Source of the DNA: Deltaproteobacteria bacterium
GTDB lineage: Bacteria > Myxococcota_A > UBA9160 > PR03
Direction of reading: 5' to 3'
Length of the DNA stretch: 64,000 nucleotides
NCBI GenBank assembly: GCA_035063765.1
Contig: JAPSFT010000001.1
Span: 7,497-71,496 of the forward strand
Within the stretch, counting starts at the first letter, position 1. Every line of letters starts with the position of its first letter. The translations under genes were made by a program, and so were the position numbers. Shown in pieces: positions 57,181 through 64,000 of this stretch. Under the pieces are notes generated by a model. That model had not been told where the DNA came from and made no database searches. It was given only the letters and a program-made list of their open reading frames with translations.

Positions 57181-57299
57181 GCTCGGGCCCTGCTGATCCC
57201 CTTCCGCCTCCTGCGCGCGCAGATGGCCCCCTCATCGCGCTCAGTTCCGAGCCCGTTTCCGCCGATGGGGGGAGCGGGACCGGTAGCGAGGGGAGCGTC

Positions 57300-57740
57300 G
57301 TGGCGCGTCGGATCGTCACAGGGGTCCTGCTCATCGTCTGCCTGGCGGTGGCGCCCCCCGCAGCGCACGGCCCGGCAACGCCCGCGCCCGGCTGGGACCT
57401 GTTTGCGGCGGAGGCGCAGTTCGTGAGCCTGGCGCCGCGAGCGGCTTTCGCACCGGAGAGCGCCGCGTTGACGGCCGGGCACAGGCCGCACGCGACGCCC
57501 GAACCCGCCGCGCTGTTGCTCCTCAGCCTCTGCCTGCTCGGTCTCCGCCAGCGTCAGTGGGTGCGCGCCCTCAGCCACGCGGCAGCAACCGCGCGCGGCG
57601 AGCGGCCGCCCTGGTCCACCGCGCCGTTCAGGCGCCGCATGGTCGGGGCGTCGATCGCACCCCCGAGCCCGGCGAGCGCACGCACCACCTCGGGACGCTC
57701 ACGGGCCAGCCGCGCGCCCGCCAGCACCACCGCGTCGTAG
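57300..57740 (+). CDS. small PEP-CTERM-type secreted protein (tentative)
   Basis: GTG at 57300 (GAGGGGAG upstream) is in frame with ORF 56409..57740. It has a signal peptide (RRIVTGVLLIVCLAVAPPAAHG) and the motif ATPEPAALLLLSLCLLGLRQRQ. The frame stays open about 60 codons further and overlaps the convergent gene. Confidence 0.4.
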   Translation: MARRIVTGVLLIVCLAVAPPAAHGPATPAPGWDLFAAEAQFVSLAPRAAFAPESAALTAGHRPHATPEPAALLLLSLCLLGLRQRQWVRALSHAAATARGERPPWSTAPFRRRMVGASIAPPSPASARTTSGRSRASRAPASTTAS

Positions 57741-59110
57741 GGCGGGATCACGCCCCGCTCGTCGCGCAGCAGCACGAGGCCGCGGGCTGCGATCCGGCCG
57801 TCGGTCGAGAAGGCGCTGATCACGTCGACCTGCCCGCTCGCGAGCGCGTCGTACATGAGCGAGGGGTCCATGCTGCGTTCGCTCCGGAACGCGAGCCCGT
57901 AGGCGGCGACGAGGGCACGCCACTCGGGGCGTTCCAGGAACTCGTAGTCGGCGCCGATCGCGAGCGAGGGGGCGTGGCGCGCCAGGTCCGCGATGGTCGC
58001 GATCCCGAGCGCGCGGGCGCGATCGCCGCGCATCGCGAGCGCGTAGGCGTTCTCGAAGCCGAGCGCCGCGACCAGCGTGACCCCGTCCTGCTCCGCGAGC
58101 GCGCGGCGCACCTCCGCCAGCATCGCGGCGCGGGCGGGAGGCGGCCCGCTGCGGCCGAGCACCGTGGCCCACAGGGTCCCGGTGTAGTCCACGTACGCGT
58201 CGATCTCGCCCGCGCGCAGCGCGTCGAAGAGCACCGTCGAGCCGAGGGAGCCCAGCACCCGCGCCGGGGCGCCCGTCTCGCGCGCGATCCAGCCGGCCAG
58301 CAGCTCGGCCAGCACGTACTGCTCGGTGAAGGTCTTGGCTCCGATCACGACCGGCGCCGGAGCGCTCGCGGCCGCGCCTCCCCCACCCGCGCGCGGCAGG
58401 CTCGCGGCGGCGGCGAGCAGCGCGAGGCCCGCGAGCGCGGCGGCCACGAGCCCGCGCCGGCGCCCGGCCACGCCGCGCTCGAGCAGGCGGATCGCCCGGT
58501 CGAGGGTGAAGGCCAGGGCGGCCGCGGCCCCGCAGCCGAGCGACACCGCCGCGTAGTTGCGGGTCTGGAGCCCGCTGAAGATGAAGTGGCCGAGGCTCGG
58601 CGCGCCGACCGGGGTCGCGAGGGTCGCGGTCCCCACCACCCAGACCGCCGCGGTGCGCAGGCCCGCGATCATCACCGGCAGCGCGAGCGGCAGCTCGACG
58701 CGCCAGAGCCGCTGCCGGCCGGTCATGCCCATCGCGCGGGCGGCCTCCCGCACGCCGGGATCGACGCCCGCGAGGCCGGCAACGACGTTCTGGAGGATCG
58801 GCAGCGTTCCGTAGAGCGAGAGCGCGAGCAGCGCCGGGGCGACCCCGATCGCCGGTACCGCGAAGCCGAGCACGCGCAGGCTCCAGCCCCCGAGCGCGGC
58901 GAGGACGGGCACCATGAAGGCCAGGAGCGCCAGGCTCGGGATCGTCTGGAGGGCGCCCACGAGGGCCAGGAGTACGCGCCCCCCGCGCGGCTGCCGGCTG
59001 GCCCAGACCCCGAGCGGGACGCTCGCCGCCGTCGCGATCAGAAGCGCCGCGAGCGAGAGCTGGAGGTGCGCCGCGGTGTAGCGCGGGAGCTCGCCGAGCA
59101 GCTCGCTCAC
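57554..59110 (-). CDS. osmoprotectant (glycine betaine/choline-type) ABC transporter, fused permease and substrate-binding domains
   Basis: 518-aa ORF. The N-terminal BPD permease domain carries the EAA-loop context VREAARAMGMTGRQRLWRVELPLA. The C-terminal OpuAC-type SBP reads VVIGAKTFTEQYVLAEL ... YVDYTGTLW. Confidence 0.88.
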   Translation of the reverse strand: MSELLGELPRYTAAHLQLSLAALLIATAASVPLGVWASRQPRGGRVLLALVGALQTIPSLALLAFMVPVLAALGGWSLRVLGFAVPAIGVAPALLALSLYGTLPILQNVVAGLAGVDPGVREAARAMGMTGRQRLWRVELPLALPVMIAGLRTAAVWVVGTATLATPVGAPSLGHFIFSGLQTRNYAAVSLGCGAAAALAFTLDRAIRLLERGVAGRRRGLVAAALAGLALLAAAASLPRAGGGGAAASAPAPVVIGAKTFTEQYVLAELLAGWIARETGAPARVLGSLGSTVLFDALRAGEIDAYVDYTGTLWATVLGRSGPPPARAAMLAEVRRALAEQDGVTLVAALGFENAYALAMRGDRARALGIATIADLARHAPSLAIGADYEFLERPEWRALVAAYGLAFRSERSMDPSLMYDALASGQVDVISAFSTDGRIAARGLVLLRDERGVIPPYDAVVLAGARLARERPEVVRALAGLGGAIDAPTMRRLNGAVDQGGRSPRAVAAAWLRARTH

Positions 59111-59871
59111 GCGCGGGCGTCCCCGAGCAGGGCCTCGACCGCCCGGGCCTGCCGCCGCGGCGTCGCGACGAGCTGCGCGACGACGGGATCCGCGGGCGCC
59201 CGCAGGAGCTCGCGGGGGGTCCCGAGCTGGAGCAGGCGCCCCCCGGCGAGCACCGCGATCCGGTCGGCGAGGAGGACCGCCTCCGCCAGGTCGTGGGTGA
59301 CGAAGAGCGTCGTGATCCCGAGGGTCTGGCGGATCTCCTGGAAGCGTTGCTGGAGGGTGTCGCGGGTGAGCGGATCGAGGGCTCCGAAGGGCTCGTCCAT
59401 CAGCAGCACCTCGGGCTCCCCGGCGAGCGCGCGCGCGATCCCGACCCGCTGCTGCTGGCCGCCCGAGAGCGCGGCCGGCCGGCGCCGGGCGAGCTCGGGC
59501 GGGAGCTCCATCAGCGCCAGCAGCTCGGCGACGCGCCGCCGCACCCGCGCGCGCTCCCAGCCGAGGAGCTCCGGCACCACGGCCACGTTCTCCGCGACCG
59601 AGAGGTGCGGGAAGAGCCCGATCTGCTGGAAGCAGTAGCCGATGCGGCGGCGCAGCTCGGGGGCGCGCAGGGTGCGGACGTCGCGGCCAGCGATGCGCAC
59701 CACGCCGTGGCTCGGCTCCACCAGGCGGTTCACCATCTTGAGGGTCGTCGTCTTGCCCGAGCCCGAGCCGCCGACCAGCGCCACGAGCTCGCCGGGCGCC
59801 ACGCGCAGCGTGAGCTCGTGCACCGCCACGACCTCGCCGAAGCGCCGCCCTACCCGCTCGAGCTCGATCAA
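59107..59871 (-). CDS. osmoprotectant ABC transporter ATP-binding protein
   Basis: GGSGSGKTTTLKMVNRL, LSGGQQQRVGIARAL and LLMDEPFGALD are present. ATGA-type overlap with the permease gene. Confidence 0.9.
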   Translation of the reverse strand: MIELERVGRRFGEVVAVHELTLRVAPGELVALVGGSGSGKTTTLKMVNRLVEPSHGVVRIAGRDVRTLRAPELRRRIGYCFQQIGLFPHLSVAENVAVVPELLGWERARVRRRVAELLALMELPPELARRRPAALSGGQQQRVGIARALAGEPEVLLMDEPFGALDPLTRDTLQQRFQEIRQTLGITTLFVTHDLAEAVLLADRIAVLAGGRLLQLGTPRELLRAPADPVVAQLVATPRRQARAVEALLGDARA

Positions 59872-59956
59872 GGCGCGCCTCCTCCTCGGACGGATGCCCG
59901 GGCCGATCCTATGCCGGCTGGCCCGCGCGCGCGAAGCCGGTCACCCTCGGCAGGCC

Positions 59957-60556
59957 ATGGACACGCGCGCAGAGGAGCTGCTGGCCTTCTGGCTCGGGCC
60001 GCTCGACGGGGACGGCCTGGCCGCGCCCGCCTTCGAGGCGCGCTGGTTCGCGAAGGACGCGGCCTTCGACGGCGAGCTGCGCCGCCGCTTCGGCGCGCTC
60101 CACGAGGCGGCCTGCGCCGGCCGGCTCGAGGACTGGGCCGGGAGCCCGCGCGGCCGGCTCGCGCTCGTCCTCCTCCTCGATCAGCTCTCGCGCAACCTCC
60201 AGCGCGGCCGGGCCGAGGCCTTCGCCGGCGACGCCCGTGCGCTGGCGCACGCACGCGCCGCCCTGACCCGCGGCGAGGACCTCGCGCTCGCCCTGTGCGA
60301 GCGCGTCTTCCTCTACCTGCCCTTCGAGCACGCCGAGGACCGCAAGGCGCAGGAGCTCGCGGTGGAGCGCTTCCGGCTCCTCGCCGCCGCCGCCCCGGAG
60401 CGGGCACGCGCGCGCTTCGCGAGCTTCCTCGACTACGCCATCCGGCACCGTGAGGTGATCGAGCGCTTCGGGCGCTTCCCGCACCGCAACCCGGCCCTGG
60501 GACGCGCCTCGACGCCCGAGGAGCGCGCCTGGGTCGAACGGGAGGGCGGCTTCTGA
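59957..60556 (+). CDS. DUF924 family protein
   Basis: ATG at 59957 is in frame with ORF 59642..60556. The sequence reads LLAFWLGP ... RWFAKDAAFD ... LLLDQLSRN ... IERFGRFPHRN. Confidence 0.8.
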   Translation: MDTRAEELLAFWLGPLDGDGLAAPAFEARWFAKDAAFDGELRRRFGALHEAACAGRLEDWAGSPRGRLALVLLLDQLSRNLQRGRAEAFAGDARALAHARAALTRGEDLALALCERVFLYLPFEHAEDRKAQELAVERFRLLAAAAPERARARFASFLDYAIRHREVIERFGRFPHRNPALGRASTPEERAWVEREGGF

Positions 60557-61311
60557 TCCGCGCCGTCCTGCTCGACCTCTTCGACACGCTGGTCGACCTG
60601 TCGCTCGCCGACCTGCCGCGCCTCACCGTCGCCGGGCGCGAGCTGCCGACCACCGCCGGCGCCGTCCACGCGGCGCTGCGACCCCACCTGTCGATCTCCT
60701 TCGAGGACTTCGCCGCCGCCCTCGCCGCCGTGGACCGGGACCTGCGGGCCGCGTACTGGGGCCAGGGACGCGAGCTCCCGACCCCGCTGCGCTTCGCCCA
60801 CCTGCTGGCGCGGCTCGGCGCGTCCGATCCGGAGGGCACGCTCGCGGACGCGCTGACCCGCGCGCACATGGACCTCCTGGTCGGGATCGCGCGCACGCCG
60901 GCGCACCACCCGGCCGTCCTCGACCGGCTGCGCGGGCGCGTGCGGCTCGGCCTGTGCTCGAACTGGAGCTGGAGCCCCGCGGCGCACCGGATCCTCGCCG
61001 GCACGGGCCTGCGCGAGCGCCTCGATGCGCTCGCCATCTCGCACGACGTCGGGGTCCGCAAGCCGCGCGCTGAGCTCTTCGCCGCGGCGCTCGACGCGCT
61101 CGGTGTCGCGCCCGGCGAGGCGATCCACGTCGGTGACGACCTGCGCGCCGACGTGGAGGGCGCCGCGGCGCTCGGCCTGCGCACGGTCTGGATCACGCGC
61201 CGGGTCGCGGACCCCGGCGCGGCGCGCGCGAGCACCCCCGGCGCGCGGCCCGACTGGGTGGTCCGCGATCTCGCCGAGCTCGAGGCGATCGTCGCGGGGG
61301 AGCGGGCCTGA
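60553..61311 (+). CDS. HAD-superfamily hydrolase, probable non-canonical (CTG) start
   Basis: The catalytic motif I LLDLFDTLV lies at 60568-60594, upstream of the first GTG (60730) used by the ORF track. The frame is open from 60454 with no ATG/GTG/TTG. CTG at 60553 has GGGAGGG 7 nt upstream and overlaps the DUF924 stop. Later motifs SNW, VRKP and HVGDD are present. Confidence 0.65.
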   Translation: MIRAVLLDLFDTLVDLSLADLPRLTVAGRELPTTAGAVHAALRPHLSISFEDFAAALAAVDRDLRAAYWGQGRELPTPLRFAHLLARLGASDPEGTLADALTRAHMDLLVGIARTPAHHPAVLDRLRGRVRLGLCSNWSWSPAAHRILAGTGLRERLDALAISHDVGVRKPRAELFAAALDALGVAPGEAIHVGDDLRADVEGAAALGLRTVWITRRVADPGAARASTPGARPDWVVRDLAELEAIVAGERA

Positions 61312-61312
61312 G

Positions 61313-62440
61313 TCAGGCGGCGGGCGGCACCAGGGAGGGGTCGAACCAGGTCAGGATCTCGCCGTTCACCTCGCGCGGGTAGGTGTGCGAGAGATCCTCG
61401 ATCTCGCGATAGACGAGGGCCGCACCGGCGCGCTCGAGCTCGTCGCGGGCGAGCCGCGCGAGCGCGGGCGGGAAGAGCCAGTCGAGCGCGCCGTGCACCT
61501 GGAAGACGCGGCGCCCGCGCGCGCGCCCGAGGTTGCCGCTCGCGAGGTTGAGCGGGTGGAGGACGCCCGCGACCGGTGCCAGGGCGGTGTAGGGCGCGTC
61601 CTCGTCGAGCCCGGCCAGGAGCGTGAAGGTGGCGCCGTCCGAGAGCCCCGTGAGGAGGATCCGCCCGCGGTCGACCGGCCAGCGCGCGGACACCCAGTCC
61701 ACCATCGAGCGCAGCCGCAGGGCGTCGCTCGGGGGCGCCTCGAGCGACCAGGTCGAGCCGACGGAGGTCGGCGCCAGCAGGAGGAAGCCCCGGCCGCGCG
61801 CCTCGCGCAGCCAGGTCCAGAGGAAGTCGCGGCCGTGGCCCGCGCCGCCGTGGAGCGCGACCACCAGGGGCCGCGGCGCTTCCCCGGCGAGCCACTCGGG
61901 CACGTAGAGCGAGAAGCCGCCGCGCGCCTCGGGATCGCCGTCCGAGCCCGCGCGGTGCAGGCCCACGCCCGCGCCGAAGGCCGGCGCCGGATGCGGATCG
62001 AGCGCCGCGAGCCGCCCGTGCCAGCCCGGCTCGACGAAGTGCCGGCCGATCGGAGGGAGCACGCCGCGCAGTGGATAGAAGGCCTCGAGCGCCCGGCAGC
62101 CGCGGCGCAGGCTGCCGAGCACGCGCGCCACTGCCTCCGCCGGCGGCCCCGGGTCGAGGAAGAGCGCGAGCGCGGCGAGGGTCTCGGCGGCGCCCGCCGC
62201 GAGCTGCTCGTGGAAGGGCACGAGCGCGGGCGGGACCTCGGCGGCACCGAAGGCCTCCTGCGCCTCCGCGAGCCGGTCGCGCAGCGGTCCGAGCTGCTGG
62301 CGCAGGCGCGGCGCGTCGGGCGGGTGGAGGCGGCGCTGCGCCCACTCGAGGCCCTGGAGCCCGGCGAGCGAGGCGCTGCCGACGGCGGTGAGCGCGCGCG
62401 CGTAGCCGGGCGGCAGCTCCGGATCGGGCTCGCCGCTCAT
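61313..62440 (-). CDS. alpha/beta hydrolase (phospholipase/carboxylesterase-type) with N-terminal helical domain
   Basis: ATG at 62440 is in frame with ORF 61313..63046. The motifs VVALHGGAGHG, GLSDGA (GxSxG) and VHGALD are present. Confidence 0.75.
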   Translation of the reverse strand: MSGEPDPELPPGYARALTAVGSASLAGLQGLEWAQRRLHPPDAPRLRQQLGPLRDRLAEAQEAFGAAEVPPALVPFHEQLAAGAAETLAALALFLDPGPPAEAVARVLGSLRRGCRALEAFYPLRGVLPPIGRHFVEPGWHGRLAALDPHPAPAFGAGVGLHRAGSDGDPEARGGFSLYVPEWLAGEAPRPLVVALHGGAGHGRDFLWTWLREARGRGFLLLAPTSVGSTWSLEAPPSDALRLRSMVDWVSARWPVDRGRILLTGLSDGATFTLLAGLDEDAPYTALAPVAGVLHPLNLASGNLGRARGRRVFQVHGALDWLFPPALARLARDELERAGAALVYREIEDLSHTYPREVNGEILTWFDPSLVPPAA

Positions 62441-63783
62441 CGCCCCGCGCCCTTCGCCGCCGCGACCGCCGCGCCCTCCGCCGGGGCCTCGATCACGGGC
62501 AGCTCGCGGCGCTGCCCGCGCAGCGCGGCGCGCACGGCGGGGTGTGCGACCTCGATCAGCGCGCGCGCCCGCTCGGCGACCGTGCGGCCGGCCAGCTCGG
62601 CCGCACCGTACTCGGTCACGATCACGTCCACCTGGTGGCGCGGCGTCGTGACGGACGCCCCCGGCGCGAAGCCGTGCACGATCCTCGACACCACACCGTG
62701 CCGCGTGCGGGCGCTCGACGGCAGGCAGATCAGCGAACGCCCGCCCTCCGAGAACCCCGCGCCGCTCACGAACTCCTCGTGGCCGCCGATCCCCGAGTAC
62801 TCCTCGTCCCCGATCCGGTCCGCCACCACCTGGCCGAGCAGGTCGACCGAGAGCGCGCCGTTGATCGAGATCATGCGGCGGTTGCGCGCGATCAGGGCGG
62901 GATCGTTGGTCTGGTCGATGGGCAGGAAGCGCACCGACTCGTTGCCGTCGAGCCAGTCGTAGAGCGCGCGCGAGCCCAGGGCGAAGGTCGCGGTCGAGAT
63001 CCCGTCGAAGAGACCCTTGCGGTTCGTGACCTTGCCGCTCCGGCACAGCTCCATGAGCCCGTCCGTGAACATCTCGGTGTGGATGCCGTAGTCGCCGCCG
63101 CTGCCGGCCGCGAGCAGGCGCGCGATCTGTCCCGGTACGCCGCCGATCCCGGTCTGGAGGGTGGCGCCCTCGGGCACGAAGCGGCAGGCATGCCCGGCGA
63201 TCCGGCGCTCCACCTCGTCGGGCTCCGCGACCGGCAGCGCCACCACGTCGCGATCGCTCTCGACCACGACGTCGACCTCGTCCACGTGGAGCGCATGGCG
63301 GTGGGCGGGCGGCAGCCCGAGCGTGCGCGGCAGCTTGGGGTTCACCTCGACCACCAGGAGCCGGCCCGGGTCACGGCCGCAGCGGTGCAGCTCCTCGACC
63401 GTGGCGCCGGCGTGCAGGGAGAGCGAGAGCCAGCCGCCCGCGTCGGGCGGCGCGGCGGTCGTCCCCATCACGCGCGGCGCCATCGCGCGGGCCAGGTGCG
63501 CGAAGCGCCGGAAGTCCGCGGGGATGAAGGCGACCGTGTGGCCGGCTGCGCGCAGCGCGCGCTCGACGGGGCCGAAGAACCCCGAGTGGAGCGTGACACC
63601 CGGGCGCGTGAAGAGCGGGAAGAAATCGGTCAGGAGCGCCCCGAACACCGTGAGGCCGCGCCAGTCGTCGCGCGCCGAGAGCGCGTGCAGGAACGCCGCG
63701 GGCTGGCCCGGCCCGAGCGGAACCGCCAGGGTGTCGTCGGGACGCAGCAGCGCGGCCGCCTCGGGTAGCGAGAGCATGCGCAT
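62437..63783 (-). CDS. acetyl-CoA hydrolase/transferase family protein (4-hydroxybutyrate / succinyl-CoA:acetate CoA-transferase-like)
   Basis: ATG at 63783 (GAGGAGG upstream) is in frame with ORF 62437..63867. The motifs TLQTGIGGVP, SINGALSVDLLGQV and SGIGGHEEF are present. ATGA overlap with the downstream esterase. Confidence 0.88.
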   Translation of the reverse strand: MRMLSLPEAAALLRPDDTLAVPLGPGQPAAFLHALSARDDWRGLTVFGALLTDFFPLFTRPGVTLHSGFFGPVERALRAAGHTVAFIPADFRRFAHLARAMAPRVMGTTAAPPDAGGWLSLSLHAGATVEELHRCGRDPGRLLVVEVNPKLPRTLGLPPAHRHALHVDEVDVVVESDRDVVALPVAEPDEVERRIAGHACRFVPEGATLQTGIGGVPGQIARLLAAGSGGDYGIHTEMFTDGLMELCRSGKVTNRKGLFDGISTATFALGSRALYDWLDGNESVRFLPIDQTNDPALIARNRRMISINGALSVDLLGQVVADRIGDEEYSGIGGHEEFVSGAGFSEGGRSLICLPSSARTRHGVVSRIVHGFAPGASVTTPRHQVDVIVTEYGAAELAGRTVAERARALIEVAHPAVRAALRGQRRELPVIEAPAEGAAVAAAKGAGR

Positions 63784-63914
63784 CGGGGACCTCCTCGGGG
63801 TCGTCGCAGTCTCGGGGGTCGCGGGGAGGCGGGCAATCCGGCGGCCGACGCTCGCCCTCCCTCCCATGGTCCGGGCAATGCCCGCCGCTACTCTCCGCCG
63901 CCCTGGAGGATCCC

Positions 63915-64000
63915 ATGACCCATCGCAGCCCGTTCGTGGCCGCTCTGCTGCTCGCGCTGGCGGCGGCCTTCGCCCCGCCGGCCGAGGCCGAGAAGGCGCC
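63915..64000 (+). CDS. secreted protein, N-terminal fragment (runs off right edge)
   Basis: ATG at 63915 has GGAGGA 5 nt upstream. MTHRSPFVAALLLALAAAFAPPAEAEKA is a signal peptide. Confidence 0.5.
   Translation, partial: MTHRSPFVAALLLALAAAFAPPAEAEKA

Overview
The window is a very GC-rich, gene-dense bacterial chromosomal segment. I did not compute the GC value. Several features point to a Myxococcota / delta-proteobacterial-type genome, but that is inference only: PEP-CTERM sorting signals, a TIGR02300 FYDLN_acid protein, several sigma-54 activators and many GTGA/ATGA/TGATG coupled gene junctions.

Most long ORFs in the six-frame track are GC-driven shadow ORFs with Arg/Pro/Ala/Gly-rich translations. 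I call about 65 real coding regions. Internal start codons were placed by hand, and each one was checked for frame against the ORF track.

Housekeeping genes:
- queA (partial), an Slt-type lytic transglycosylase, der, miaA and mutL
- metH, asd and otsA
- a fused otsB-GH15 gene

Accessory content:
1. Four proteins with PEP-CTERM-type tails (a C-type lectin, a GH30 hydrolase and two unknowns), plus a CPBP/CAAX-type protease.
2. A roughly 9 kb stress island at 38.7-48.0 kb. It holds six stand-alone CBS-pair proteins, a Crp/Fnr regulator, a globin-coupled histidine kinase, an NtrC-type sigma-54 activator, a tandem USP and an APH+P-loop kinase fusion. I can read four sigma-54-type (GG-N10-GC) promoters in its two divergent intergenic regions. 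This is my best candidate for an undescribed regulatory system.
3. A decayed ligD remnant directly after the island.
4. A zinc-limitation supercluster at 49.2-57.2 kb. It contains znuABC, cysteine-less S14/L31 and an L28 gene, a small His/Cys protein, a beta-barrel outer-membrane protein and a second Znu-like ABC system.
5. An osmoprotectant ABC transporter.

I saw no rRNA, tRNA, CRISPR array, transposase or integrase. All homology statements come from recognising motifs in the translations by eye, not from searches.
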